DNA of 64,000 bases from a virus (taxonomy: Duplodnaviria; Caudoviricetes): IMG/VR virus record IMGVR_UViG_3300045594_000145, positions 32,001 through 96,000 of that record; one strand, written 5' to 3'. A program made the position numbers and the translations under genes. The notes beneath the pieces are model-generated. The model did not search any database, was not told where the DNA came from, and saw only the letters and a program-made list of their open reading frames with translations. Below, piece after piece: positions 1-9,904 of the stretch; positions within the stretch are counted from its first letter, which is position 1; every line of letters begins with the position of its first letter.

Positions 1-625
1 TCTTTTGATAAATATCTTTTGGTTGTACTTCAACCATATATTTACTATCATAAGGATGGTAAGACAGTTGACTATATTTGTTGCTTCTCCAACATCTTAC
101 AACATCTTTCCCACAATCTGCTCCCTTTAAGATGATATACTCATTATTGAGAAGATTCTGAGTGTTTACATCTGGTTGAGAAAATAAATCATTGGCTTCC
201 TCGTCCGTTAAAGTCTTTTCTGTATATCCTAGATAACTTCTTCGATCAATTACTTTTGCTCTTTCGACCTTGATAGATGTTTTATTGGCGATATTAGCTA
301 ATGATAAATCATTAGTAACTAAAGTTTCTATATCATTATCATATAGGGCGCACAATAAAATTTTGATATCATTTGTTATCTCATAATCGGCGAACTCTTG
401 AGAAAAGTATGCATCCATAATATCATTATAGTTTACTACATCATAGCTTTTAGAATTATTCCATAAGTCTCGAACCACTCTGCGCGCAGCATATTTTGTT
501 GCTTCGTCTTTATTATGACTTGTTTTAATATTCTCTAATTCACTTAAAGTGATAGAGCTAATTTTAAAATGTTCTTTTGGCAATTCATCCAAAATCAACA
601 AACTCGAAGTATCATATAGCTTAAT
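1..625 (-). CDS. PIN domain + PhoH-family ATPase (PhoH2-like), runs off window edge; probable ATT start
   Basis: Own translation: IKLYDTSSLL...ITLSELENIK...TNDIKILLCA...LVTNDLSL (PIN motifs), open to position 1; GGAGG RBS 8 nt upstream of ATT at 625; missing from ORF track. The ATPase part lies outside the window and is inferred. Confidence 0.7.
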   Translation of the reverse strand, partial: MKLYDTSSLLILDELPKEHFKISSITLSELENIKTSHNKDEATKYAARRVVRDLWNNSKSYDVVNYNDIMDAYFSQEFADYEITNDIKILLCALYDNDIETLVTNDLSLANIANKTSIKVERAKVIDRRSYLGYTEKTLTDEEANDLFSQPDVNTQNLLNNEYIILKGADCGKDVVRCWRSNKYSQLSYHPYDSKYMVEVQPKDIYQK

Positions 626-668
626 AGTAAATCCCTCCTGTTGTTTTGGTAATACGAGAACGAGATTC

Positions 669-1277
669 TTATGCAAGAATCTCGTCTACCATACCATATT
701 TTTTCATATCCTCAGCAGTAAAGTACCAGTCTTCTCTCCAGTGCTTTTCATAATCTTCTGCCGATAAACTAGAGTTATTTAAGACAAAATTCTTTGTCAT
801 TTCATCTAGTCGATCATTAAAATTTACTAAATCTCTTACTTTATCAGTATTTCCATCGACGGTCATGTTTCCAGCATGGAGCAATCCGATAGAGCGATTA
901 TAACAAACTCTCTTCACATTAGGGTTGTTTTTACCCGCAATAAATAATAAGAACCCTGCACTTAAGGCATAGCCCATATTAACTATTACCAATGGTTTCT
1001 TATAACTCTCGATAATGTTTGTAATGAAGAATGAATCAAACGCACTTCCACCATTTGAGTTAATATAAAAATATACTGGTTCATTAGAAGCGTCTTTTTC
1101 AAATTCCATAATAGGAACTACGACACTCTCAATAATTGAGCCATTAATTTCATCATTTAACAGAATTTTTCTCTGCTTTAACATTGAAATATATGCTGCT
1201 TTTTCAACGGTGTTACCTTTTAGGACATCAAGAAGTTCTTCGACATCACCTACTGCATTATCTACTTGTAAAGACAT
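669..1277 (-). CDS. clpP: ClpP-family protease
   Basis: YINSNGGSA, GYALSAG (catalytic Ser), LLHAG, EDWYFTAEDMKKYGMVDEI are ClpP motifs. Confidence 0.85.
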   Translation of the reverse strand: MSLQVDNAVGDVEELLDVLKGNTVEKAAYISMLKQRKILLNDEINGSIIESVVVPIMEFEKDASNEPVYFYINSNGGSAFDSFFITNIIESYKKPLVIVNMGYALSAGFLLFIAGKNNPNVKRVCYNRSIGLLHAGNMTVDGNTDKVRDLVNFNDRLDEMTKNFVLNNSSLSAEDYEKHWREDWYFTAEDMKKYGMVDEILA

Positions 1278-1678
1278 TAGTTACTCTCACTTTCTTCGGT
1301 TAGTTTGTTCGGGTCATTAATCACTAAATCGTGATAAAGTTCATTAGCTTTTTCAGAAATGTCATTATTTTTCTGCATTTGCTTAGCAATACCTCTCATG
1401 GCTTCTTCAAAATAACTGTGTTCTCTTGCCAATCTTGCTTCATAAATTTTTGCATTGTAACTGTAAAGTTTATCTAATGCTCTAGCATAAGCCAACTTCT
1501 TGCCGAAATTAACATCGTACTTGTCTCCGGCCTCACGATTGAGTTTAGCAACTCCAACAAACTTCTTATTGTTTGGATAAGTATAAATAATAGCCTTGGT
1601 AATTGTTGGTATCCCTACATAAATATAAGCCACATTTTTTTCTCTACAAACACTTTCATAAGCAATTTCGTTTTTCAT
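1277..1678 (-). CDS. hypothetical phage protein
   Basis: 133-aa ORF coupled to clpP; GVAKL..GDKYDVNFGKKLAYARA motif seen in phage proteins. Confidence 0.7.
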   Translation of the reverse strand: MKNEIAYESVCREKNVAYIYVGIPTITKAIIYTYPNNKKFVGVAKLNREAGDKYDVNFGKKLAYARALDKLYSYNAKIYEARLAREHSYFEEAMRGIAKQMQKNNDISEKANELYHDLVINDPNKLTEESESN

Positions 1679-1718
1679 TTTATAATATTTCCTTTCTTTA
1701 TAAATATTATATCATATT

Positions 1719-2435
1719 TTAATGTGTTTTCAAAGGAATTTTATTAAAAGTCTCAAGAATTCTTTTACATTTCACACATCCAATACAATCTTGTTCACAT
1801 TGAGATCTTAATTGATCAAATTCTTCTGGCAGCAGCCCAATTCCAACTTGATCTTTGTGCGGAACCCCGCAAATAATGTCATCTTCCTCATTGCTGGCAC
1901 ATATCCCGCTCTGATATCTTCTAATGGCATTACTAATATTATTTACATAATTTATATTCCAATTAGAAATAAGATTATCGTAAATTTTGATTCCTTCTGG
2001 TCTAATCCAGAACTGTCCATTCTTTCCATTATTTGGAGTTGAAAAGAAAATAATATCTTTGTCAATATTTTTGTTTAATAATCTCCAATTTGATAATAAT
2101 TCTTGCCCGATGGTAATGATTTTATATCCTCTATTAATGGCGTGATCAATTTGAGATTCAGAATGGCACACTTTTGGGTACATTGTATTTGGATATACAA
2201 GTTCTTCATTCTCATCATTATAAAAATATATTTTTAGTTTATCAAAAGTTTCTGCGTATTTTGCAAATTTTTTAGGTATAACTAAAACAATATCACCAAC
2301 AATGGGGTCTTTAGTATATTTAGCAATACGCTCTAAAAAGGCAGTTTCTTTTTCTTGAGGGTCTTTTGTCATAAATAACCCTATTGGTAGTACATTACTA
2401 ACTTCTTTAAAGTATTCTTCTTCAATATATAACAT
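1719..2435 (-). CDS. hypothetical protein with C-terminal Cys cluster (possibly U32-like)
   Basis: 238-aa ORF; CEQDCIGCVKC. Confidence 0.55.
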   Translation of the reverse strand: MLYIEEEYFKEVSNVLPIGLFMTKDPQEKETAFLERIAKYTKDPIVGDIVLVIPKKFAKYAETFDKLKIYFYNDENEELVYPNTMYPKVCHSESQIDHAINRGYKIITIGQELLSNWRLLNKNIDKDIIFFSTPNNGKNGQFWIRPEGIKIYDNLISNWNINYVNNISNAIRRYQSGICASNEEDDIICGVPHKDQVGIGLLPEEFDQLRSQCEQDCIGCVKCKRILETFNKIPLKTH

Positions 2436-2438
2436 ATA

Positions 2439-3113
2439 TTAACCTTGCGCCCATCGCCAACATTGACGATTAGGTTTACTCTCTAAAGTTATATTATACT
2501 TATTTTCATAATTTTGACACTCTAAAAAGATTACTGCTTCAATTCTACTATCCTCAAGTGCGGTATGATCTTCTGCATAATCTGGATTGCCTGTGAGAAA
2601 GGCATATACTGACTCCGCATTAGTTAATCTATTTCCTGCGGGACTTAATCTTCCAGTTTCTGTACAAAAGACTGAGTATGCTTCTTTATTTCTTTTTAAC
2701 ATGTCACAAGCCATTGCATAAATATCTTTAATCTCATATTTACTAAGATCTATATACATGTGCATATAATCACAAGTATCCAACAATGACTGCTGGTCAA
2801 AAGAAATATTATAAGCAAGAACGGTGTTTACATTGTATTTTTGTAATAGATTTTTTATATTTTTAATTGCATCTGAGAAGGTAACTTCTGTAATATCTTG
2901 AAATTTATCAAGACGATCCTTAAAATAAAAATTATCCATAATCTCTTCGTTTTCCCAAATTTCTCCAATAAGGTAATCGAATTCTTCAATAATTTCTTGC
3001 CGTTCTACGTCAATAATAACTCCACCGATATTCAGAATCATATTTCCGTTTATAGAAAAACAATCTGAATGGTTTATATTTGAGGTTTCTGTATCAAACA
3101 CTAATACATTCAT
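2439..3113 (-). CDS. DEDDh 3'-5' exonuclease
   Basis: VFDTETS (ExoI), AYNISFD (ExoII), HTALED (ExoIII). Confidence 0.85.
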   Translation of the reverse strand: MNVLVFDTETSNINHSDCFSINGNMILNIGGVIIDVERQEIIEEFDYLIGEIWENEEIMDNFYFKDRLDKFQDITEVTFSDAIKNIKNLLQKYNVNTVLAYNISFDQQSLLDTCDYMHMYIDLSKYEIKDIYAMACDMLKRNKEAYSVFCTETGRLSPAGNRLTNAESVYAFLTGNPDYAEDHTALEDSRIEAVIFLECQNYENKYNITLESKPNRQCWRWAQG

Positions 3114-3115
3114 TC

Positions 3116-3307
3116 TTAGTTGTCCTGGTGATATTTCTCACTAGTCCAAGTCTTTAAAAGCTCTTCTAATTCTTCATTTATTTCATATACATAACAAGTA
3201 ACTTTTGTCTTGCTATGAATGAATTTTCTAATATACTCCTGCCCATTATCTTCAAGATACTTGTGAAGTGGTCTTGAGTAACATTCATAAACTTTCTTAT
3301 CCATCAT
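3116..3307 (-). CDS. small hypothetical protein
   Basis: 63-aa ORF with RBS, downstream of a sigma-A promoter. Confidence 0.65.
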   Translation of the reverse strand: MMDKKVYECYSRPLHKYLEDNGQEYIRKFIHSKTKVTCYVYEINEELEELLKTWTSEKYHQDN

Positions 3308-3411
3308 GCGATACCTTCTTTCCTTAATAAAATTATATCATTTTTTTTCAATTTTGTCAAGAGTAAAATGACTTGATTTTATTAAAAAAATAGTGTATAA
3401 TATATATATAG

Positions 3412-3855
3412 ATGGTAGTGGAGGATTTTATGAGCAGAAAAAGATTAAATAATGGAAGACTATTACATACATATTCAGAAGTAATGGATGATTTTGGTTA
3501 CTTCTTAGATATCGGTGGCGCAATGGAAATTGGCGTAGGATGGATGAATTGCGTTTATGACTGTTGTGCTAAAATAGATGCTCTTGATCCTCAAAATTTT
3601 ACTATAACAATTATTACCGAACATGATGGCCTTCTCCATATAGGGTATAGTTATACTTACACTGGCACCGAAGAGGATATAGATTTTATCACTAAGGTTG
3701 ATAAAGCTATTAAAGAGGCAGAAGAAGAATCTTCTATAACTTGTGAATCTTGCGGGAACGCTGGTATTTTAAGAGATAAAGACTGGAAGAGAGTAACGTG
3801 TATAGATTGCGAACAATATTTATATGATATTGATGCAACTGACGATAATAAATAA
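3412..3855 (+). CDS. hypothetical protein with C-terminal Zn ribbon
   Basis: CESCG...CIDC; divergent TTGATT-17-TATAAT promoter upstream. Confidence 0.7.
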   Translation: MVVEDFMSRKRLNNGRLLHTYSEVMDDFGYFLDIGGAMEIGVGWMNCVYDCCAKIDALDPQNFTITIITEHDGLLHIGYSYTYTGTEEDIDFITKVDKAIKEAEEESSITCESCGNAGILRDKDWKRVTCIDCEQYLYDIDATDDNK

Positions 3856-3975
3856 AAAATCGCAGGAAAATGCGATTTTTTTGTGATCTTTTAAATTCCA
3901 TTTTCAGAAAAAACAGGATTCCACTTTTTGAAATCGAGCGGCTGTAAACGACTGGAGCAAATTTCACCCCAATCG

Positions 3976-5412
3976 TTAATTATAATTATCTTCTAAAATT
4001 CCAACCGCGTCTCCTTCTCGTTCTGACTCTTCTAATTCGTCATAACACTCCGGGCAAATTAAATCTCCATTTTCTCTCTCAATTAAAGAATCTCTATGAT
4101 ATCTTTCCCCACAAGAACCACATTCGTAAATATCTAAGCAAGTATCACACCAGAAGCCATTATCATCATAATATTCGTTACTATAACTAATTCGATCACC
4201 ACAGCCAAAACAGTACGCGCAATCCCTAGGGTTATATGAATAACTCTTACTATTACCCTCTTTAAAATTCTCTGTTGTTGCCATTAATTTGCATGGCCCA
4301 TCGTCATAGGCAACTCTTAAGTTGAAATAAGCTTGGATATCTTTTTTAGATACGTCTTTGCTATATTTATTATTAGTTAATTCATTTACGAATTTAACGA
4401 TTTCCTCTGAGAAAGCTAAATTTTGGATAGGATAGTTTTTATCAATAGTTATGGCACTTTCATCTGCAAATACCCATGCCCTAATTATTTTATTACTTAC
4501 AAGATTATCTTCCTTGTCTCCATCTGCGTCTATTAATCTATATGGCTTATCCGTTTTTAAATAAGCTAAAAAGACGTTGTGTGCAGTAAGCATTGATAAT
4601 GAATGAACATAATTACATCCAGTTGGCATCATAGAAAAGCAACTATTCCATCCCAAAGAGTTATCAGAACAAGTAATAAATTCAAATGGATCAATGCTTA
4701 TACATAAAGTACCCTTTAGTGTACTAGATCCTTCTAGTTGCGCTCCATACCCTCCAATTTGATCAATATATCCTCTGCATTGCTTTGCAGTCTTAGGGGT
4801 TATATAATTGATATTTTCTAATAAATCAATAATTTGATTAACTACTTTCGCGCATCGAGAATGCTTTTGAATAGTTATGCTCTTATGCTCCCCAGATTTG
4901 GAGACATAATTTATCTTTTCTGCCTTTGGTGTATTTAATAAAGATTCACCTAAATCACAAAAAGATGACTGAAGCCAGTCTTCTTTTACACACCACAAAG
5001 TTATTAAAACCATATCTAAATTATTATCTTTTACTTCTAACGCATCTTTTAAAATTTTACATATTTTTATAATATTGTCTGTATAACTCTTATATATATT
5101 AATCATTCTATCATCTTTTAATTCATAATTATATCCCATCTTTAAGATGTCTTCTTTTGTTATTTGTAAGTTTATTTCTTTTTCATAAGTGAATTTATCC
5201 TTAAAGATCTCTGGGATTAAAAAATCACTTTTTGCTTCTGCATAATCATCAAGATATTCTCTTGGAAAACCGTCTCCAGATCTTTCTAGATGGTTTTCAC
5301 TCTGAACAAATTTTAAATATCTGTTCATACGGTCATAAAACAAAGATTGAGCATCATCGGTTGAAAGATGATGCTCTTTAATTATTGGATTACAATTATT
5401 TATCTCGCTCAT
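3976..5412 (-). CDS. hypothetical phage protein with C-terminal Zn fingers
   Basis: 478 aa; ISIDPFEFITCS..GWNSC motif; four CxxC pairs at C-terminus. Confidence 0.7.
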   Translation of the reverse strand: MSEINNCNPIIKEHHLSTDDAQSLFYDRMNRYLKFVQSENHLERSGDGFPREYLDDYAEAKSDFLIPEIFKDKFTYEKEINLQITKEDILKMGYNYELKDDRMINIYKSYTDNIIKICKILKDALEVKDNNLDMVLITLWCVKEDWLQSSFCDLGESLLNTPKAEKINYVSKSGEHKSITIQKHSRCAKVVNQIIDLLENINYITPKTAKQCRGYIDQIGGYGAQLEGSSTLKGTLCISIDPFEFITCSDNSLGWNSCFSMMPTGCNYVHSLSMLTAHNVFLAYLKTDKPYRLIDADGDKEDNLVSNKIIRAWVFADESAITIDKNYPIQNLAFSEEIVKFVNELTNNKYSKDVSKKDIQAYFNLRVAYDDGPCKLMATTENFKEGNSKSYSYNPRDCAYCFGCGDRISYSNEYYDDNGFWCDTCLDIYECGSCGERYHRDSLIERENGDLICPECYDELEESEREGDAVGILEDNYN

Positions 5413-5849
5413 TATTCTCCCTCATATTCTAATTTAAAATCTTTAAGATTATATTTAGCTTCAATTTTTTGCCAAGAACCACCATAACAAGTTTTAGTGC
5501 TACCACTTAAATTTCTCTTTATCGTGGCTTTTATATTTGACTCATTTTTATCTGGATATAGTTCTTTAAGAACTTTTACTGCTTCGTCGATATCCTTTGC
5601 GGCTATCTTAGTTGTTCCCTTTTTATAGATATATCCAATTTGTACGATAATTTCAGGATTTTTTTGAATATTGCCTAAATAATCAATATGTACTCCTTTT
5701 AAACGACAAAGTTCCATACTTTTGTCAAATTTATCTGCAACTTCATTTCCAGTCATCTTGCAAATCTTTGCCATGTATCCCACGGAAGCCGCAGAGGAAA
5801 TAAGCTTTACGGTTTTGTTGTCATAGTTGATCACACCCAAAAATTTCAT
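5412..5849 (-). CDS. hypothetical protein, NUMOD1-like DNA-binding C-terminus
   Basis: IKRNLSGSTKTCYGGSW resembles homing-endonuclease DNA-binding modules. Confidence 0.5.
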   Translation of the reverse strand: MKFLGVINYDNKTVKLISSAASVGYMAKICKMTGNEVADKFDKSMELCRLKGVHIDYLGNIQKNPEIIVQIGYIYKKGTTKIAAKDIDEAVKVLKELYPDKNESNIKATIKRNLSGSTKTCYGGSWQKIEAKYNLKDFKLEYEGE

Positions 5850-6096
5850 AATATTTATTCACTATCCTTTCTAATTCCTGCTCTTTGTCCAAGATTTCTT
5901 TTTGAAAATCTGTGCCATTACTGAATACTTCTGGATTAGTTAATTCTTCTTTTAAAACCTTATATGTAAGGAGTTTCATTGCATATCGAGATAATTCTTC
6001 TATTTTCTGTTCTCCATTCTCAATAATATACATTTGATTATGAGCAATGGGGAAATTATGATTACACCAATTGTCTCTAAATTCTTTTGCGTTCAT
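5821..6096 (-). CDS. hypothetical protein
   Basis: ORF; probable start MNAKEF after AAGGAG RBS. Confidence 0.6.
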   Translation of the reverse strand: MNAKEFRDNWCNHNFPIAHNQMYIIENGEQKIEELSRYAMKLLTYKVLKEELTNPEVFSNGTDFQKEILDKEQELERIVNKYYEIFGCDQL

Positions 6097-6189
6097 ATCT
6101 ATAATCTCCTTATCTATTATTATTATATCATAGAAATTAAAAATCGTCAATAAAAAAGGGCAGTGCGGTTTCACGCTGTCCTCTTTATA

Positions 6190-6489
6190 TTATCTAAAAT
6201 GATTTGTCGTTACAATCCTACCAATATCTTTATTATAGCAACTTTCACAGAGAGTTCTTCCATCAAAATCACTATGTTTTACGTGACCAGGCTCTATTAA
6301 TCTTTTACAGTCCTTACAAGTGCATTGTGTATTTGTATCGGTCGGCGGGACATAATAATTTCCAGAACTTGGTGAAGCGGGTGAAGAGAAGTAGCTCCAC
6401 AATAAAACTACTCCAAAAAATAATAATAAAAGCCAAACAAGCGGGTTCTTAAAAATTTCTATAAGTATCATACCTAAGAACGTAACCAT
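6190..6489 (-). CDS. membrane protein with Zn finger
   Basis: N-terminal hydrophobic helix, CKDC...CESC. Confidence 0.65.
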   Translation of the reverse strand: MVTFLGMILIEIFKNPLVWLLLLFFGVVLLWSYFSSPASPSSGNYYVPPTDTNTQCTCKDCKRLIEPGHVKHSDFDGRTLCESCYNKDIGRIVTTNHFR

Positions 6490-6541
6490 ATTTAAATTCT
6501 CCTTCTTTATAATTATATTATATCACAAAAATTAAAAAATG

Positions 6542-6823
6542 TCAAAAAACATGTATCTCAAAATCTTCTAGTATATTAGTAAGTTCTATGGCTTCTTTAT
6601 TATCAGAAGTCAAGATCCTATATATGTGAGATATCGCCGTTTCATTTTCTCTTTTACTTATGATCTTCAAGATTTCTCTATATTCTTCTGGAATTTGCAC
6701 AAGAGTTATCTCTTTATTGTCAAGTTTTTCTAAATATTCTAAAATATTTATTGTTCGATCATAACTTCCATATAATTGTTTGCTCATAGCCACTGCGATT
6801 GACTCTTTATCTTCTATTTCCAT
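6542..6823 (-). CDS. hypothetical protein
   Basis: 93-aa ORF with GAGGAG RBS. Confidence 0.6.
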   Translation of the reverse strand: MEIEDKESIAVAMSKQLYGSYDRTINILEYLEKLDNKEITLVQIPEEYREILKIISKRENETAISHIYRILTSDNKEAIELTNILEDFEIHVF

Positions 6824-6842
6824 ATAATCTCCTCTCTAGGAT

Positions 6843-6878
6843 AAAAAAATAACTGCAAGACTCTATCATGCAGTTATT
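6843..6878 (-). terminator. intrinsic terminator ending the large ncRNA
   Basis: AAUAACUGCA...UGCAGUUAUU hairpin followed by U-tract on minus strand. Confidence 0.75.
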
Positions 6879-7860
6879 AATACATAGGTTATAGCCTGTA
6901 TTCAGAATTGCACTGAATGTTATCTACTAAGACAGACAGTTTAGCAGGATTATCGCACCTGCTAGGCGACTTAGGCTGAGAAAATTGACCTTCATTTACT
7001 TACATCCTTGCTCGGTTGGCCGCGCAATTTCACACAACTGTTTTACAATTGTAGTAAGTATCGACACTGGTTTTGTGAAAACCAGCAAACTCTTACTATA
7101 TCCTCAGATAACTTTCCTTTCCTAACAGCTCCCCTTGGAAGGGTTCGATAGCTCCCGCCACCTAAGTTAAATTAGTAATTGTACTTGTTTGCCCTATACC
7201 TTGCGAGCTAGTAGCATCTGTATGTTACAACAGAATAAGTCGATATGTCAGAATATAGTCGAGCACGCTTTTGCTTTTGTTAGAAAACTTTTCAATATCC
7301 AATTGATTTTTCATATTTTCATAAAAGTTTCGCGTAATAACGATTTATTAGTCGATGTGGTGCTCGTTCGGTATCCCACTCTTTTGGAGTGGATCCAACC
7401 AACACCGCCTTCCTTTCGCGTCACCTACTCAGTTTATTTGCTGTTTACAAGTGATGTTTCAATCGACTCGTTGCAAATAATGAAGCCCGCACTTAAGTTT
7501 GACGAACTTTGCACGAACAACCTCTATCCGTAATCGTATATTTCTATACTTATTTACCGGCTACGAACCGATAACTGCTCTAATAACTATAAAATCTGCA
7601 CGAAGTTATAGCTAGCACTACGCATAATATAGAGTCTTTCTGTGGAAGCATTACACTCGCAAAGCACGTTGAACTTTGCTTTGGCCCCATTACTGGGGTT
7701 ATCCTTGGCTACGGCTACGAAGACTAGCCGCTGAGAATTTAGCTTATTGACCGAAGTCATAATTTCTAGGCAATACCACGTAGAGGTATCTCAATCATTG
7801 CCCGACTGGCTTGCGCCAGCTTCTTTTGTCGTTTCTATTAATAAATTAAGTTTTCCTTAA
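6850..7860 (-). ncRNA. large structured ncRNA, ROOL/GOLLD class (ROOL favoured)
   Basis: ~1 kb with no credible ORF between a sigma-A promoter and a terminator; dense hairpins; motifs CUGAGUAGG, GGUGUUGG..CCAAAAG..CACCAC, GCAAAAGCGUGC and 3' UCUCAGCC recalled as ROOL-like; near tRNA cluster. Confidence 0.65.
7732..7803 (-). ncRNA. HDV-like (theta-type) ribozyme R7
   Basis: P1 GGGCAAU/AUUGCCU, P2 UGAGAU/AU(U)CUCA, P3 ACC/GGU, L3 UCUACGU, P1.1 CU/AG, P4 with UUCG loop, J4/2 GCUAA. Confidence 0.85.
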
Positions 7861-7871
7861 CTTATATAATA

Positions 7872-7900
7872 ATTATATCATATTTTTTAAAATGAGTCAA
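7872..7900 (-). promoter_or_regulatory. sigma-A promoter of large ncRNA
   Basis: TTGACT-17 nt-TATAAT with TG extension. Confidence 0.8.
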
Positions 7901-8526
7901 GAAATTTTTGAAAGAATTAATTCACTTTCCGGAAGTGTTTCTACCCACTCGCAAAAAATTCTCCACTCTGGTAAACGATGGTTTTTTCTTTGAGAATAAA
8001 TAGTCTTTAATTCTCTATAGTTAGTAACTATGCGCGCAGTCAAACGGAAACCCGCAGGATTAGAATATAGAATCTCTAAATATTTCTCATTTAACTCTCT
8101 TCCATAAAGTTCTTTTTGTTCTTTTGTTTCAGCTAAATCTGATTTTTGAAGAAGATCTTCATATTTAGCAATTTTGTCTCTCATAATTTCTATGATGCGC
8201 GGATCAACTTCTTTCATATAACTTGTATCAAGATCAAAAGAAGTAATTCTGTGCATTGTAGACTGAGAGGAAACAAAATTTGCAAAACGGTATCTTTCAA
8301 ATTCTACCCACGCCTTATTGGAAAAGCAAAGATCGAACATTACGGTTATTCCAGTTAAAAATTGGTCTTCACCGCATCCTTTAGGAGAATTTGCAAGAGC
8401 TTTAACCGTCTTAGTAATCTCTGGGGTTGCTTTTGAAAGGTCTGTTAAGTAAGAAAATTTAGAGCCTTGAATAGATTCTTCTAATCCGTAAACATGGACA
8501 TTTGAAATTATATCATCAATTTCCAT
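7897..8526 (-). CDS. ThyX-fold (FAD-dependent thymidylate synthase-like) phage protein
   Basis: EFERYR..VSSQSTMHR and TNYRELKTIYSQRKNHRLPEW resemble a ThyX-related phage family. Confidence 0.5.
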   Translation of the reverse strand: MEIDDIISNVHVYGLEESIQGSKFSYLTDLSKATPEITKTVKALANSPKGCGEDQFLTGITVMFDLCFSNKAWVEFERYRFANFVSSQSTMHRITSFDLDTSYMKEVDPRIIEIMRDKIAKYEDLLQKSDLAETKEQKELYGRELNEKYLEILYSNPAGFRLTARIVTNYRELKTIYSQRKNHRLPEWRIFCEWVETLPESELILSKIS

Positions 8527-8527
8527 A

Positions 8528-8968
8528 TTACTTCTTTGCCCCCCGAGACTTCAGTCCAAGGCTTCCAAGAGGATATCTACACCATGGTATAAGATTTTGA
8601 TACATTCCTTCTGTGCCATAGAAAACAGCGATTGGTCTATTGGTATCACTTTTAATTTCCAACATTTCGCCGGTCACGTTCAAATAAACTCTTTCAATGA
8701 AGGCTGGCGCAGGGGTTAAATGGTCACATTGGAACTGTAAGAAATCTTTCTCTTGCTTATTTAGTAAAGAATATTCTTCACATTCAGATTCTGCCCATCT
8801 TTTCTGAACATCCCTACAAGACTCACTTACGCCAGGTTCGGGGTAAAAAGAACAATCACTACAGTTACAAGTGTTGCAGTCAACTAGTTTTCCATCTTTT
8901 AGTGCGATTATTTTATTTTCGAGGGCAAATTGAGCTAAAGTTTCAAGATTTTTTTCTTTGTTGTTCAT
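8528..8968 (-). CDS. hypothetical protein (Cys-rich N-terminus; C-terminal domain shared with 11545 and 33688 ORFs)
   Basis: CNTCNCSDC; L..QEKDFL...YPLGSLGL. Confidence 0.65.
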   Translation of the reverse strand: MNNKEKNLETLAQFALENKIIALKDGKLVDCNTCNCSDCSFYPEPGVSESCRDVQKRWAESECEEYSLLNKQEKDFLQFQCDHLTPAPAFIERVYLNVTGEMLEIKSDTNRPIAVFYGTEGMYQNLIPWCRYPLGSLGLKSRGAKK

Positions 8969-8999
8969 AATAATAATTACCTTTCTATGGGTTAATTAG

Positions 9000-9071
9000 T
9001 GCGTCCAGAAGGGGACGATCCTTCGACTGGCCCTTATCAGGAGCCTGTTTTTACCGTTGAACTATACGAAT
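9000..9071 (-). pseudogene. degenerate tRNA-Ile(GAU)
   Basis: D, anticodon (CUGAUAA) and T arms present; acceptor stem does not pair. Confidence 0.6.
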
Positions 9072-9117
9072 ATAAGAATCTTTAATAAGAATAACATATT
9101 TTTTAAAAATTGTCAAG

Positions 9118-9190
9118 TGGACACTTTTGGAGTCGAACCAAATTCCAAGGCTCTTCAAACCTCTGCTATAACCGTATCAGCTAAGTGTCC
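9118..9190 (-). tRNA. tRNA-Phe(GAA)
   Basis: GGACACU/AGUGUCC acceptor, UUGAAGA loop, UUCGA T-loop. Confidence 0.85.
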
Positions 9191-9195
9191 ATAAA

Positions 9196-9256
9196 TTTTG
9201 GTATCATGGCTCGAACATGAGATTGCCGACCGTTTTACCTACTAAACTATACCAAA
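9196..9256 (-). ncRNA. tRNA-like RNA lacking an anticodon arm
   Basis: Acceptor UUUGGUA/UACCAAA, D-arm, T-arm UCAUG-UUCGAGC-CAUGA; only 11 nt between D and T arms. Confidence 0.75.
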
Positions 9257-9307
9257 ATATGCTATTTTTATTTTTAAATACAGAATACTGCTATTGAATG
9301 GGAAGAA

Positions 9308-9730
9308 TTAGTCTTTTTCATGCGCCTTGTTATACTCATCTTCAATCTTAACCAGAACCGCTCCAAGACATTGTGGATATAAATATACACGAATGGCAAC
9401 ATCGCAATATTCTGCCCCTTTTTTGATGAGGACACTTCCATCCATTTCAAATTCCTTCAATACATCAAATAACAAATCTAGATTATGGCATAGATATTCT
9501 TCTGCTTGATATGTGTTGAAAGTATAAGAACCAGAACTATTGCCTGTGATACTATCTTCATTTATTACTTCATCGTTTAAATATTCTTCAAGGTCATTAA
9601 AAGTATCATAATCCTCAAAATCAATATTATCTTTTACATACTCTAAGATATCATTCTTTACTGCCTGTTCATAATCATAAGTTTCTGACATAAGACTCTC
9701 CTGTCTATCATAAACCATAAACTTTGTCAA
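9308..9730 (-). CDS. acidic helical protein, Ocr-like DNA-mimic candidate (paralog family A)
   Basis: Very D/E-rich; YDYE..DSITGNSSGSYTF..AEEYL..N..LL motif shared with 20594 ORF. Confidence 0.55.
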   Translation of the reverse strand: MTKFMVYDRQESLMSETYDYEQAVKNDILEYVKDNIDFEDYDTFNDLEEYLNDEVINEDSITGNSSGSYTFNTYQAEEYLCHNLDLLFDVLKEFEMDGSVLIKKGAEYCDVAIRVYLYPQCLGAVLVKIEDEYNKAHEKD

Positions 9731-9752
9731 ACTATTTCATACGATATTTTAG

Positions 9753-9824
9753 TATCCCCACAGAGATTCGAACTCTGATTGTAGGTTTAGAAGACCTATG
9801 CACTCTCCTTTGTCCTGTGAGGAT
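9753..9824 (-). tRNA. tRNA-Arg(UCU)
   Basis: UAGGU-CUUCUAA-ACCUA; full cloverleaf. Confidence 0.85.
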
Positions 9825-9828
9825 ATAA

Positions 9829-9901
9829 GGGTGTCATTCAAGAATCGAACTTGAATAAGATGTTTCACAGACATCCACGCTACCTTTGCGCCAATGACAC
9901 C
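9829..9901 (-). tRNA. tRNA-His(GUG)
   Basis: GAUGU-CUGUGAA-ACAUC; G-1:C73 pair. Confidence 0.85.
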
Positions 9902-9904
9902 AGA

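Noticed and set aside
7189-7533. 114-aa plus-strand ORF
   Set aside because: Antisense to the promoter/terminator-bounded structured RNA; no RBS; composition not protein-like
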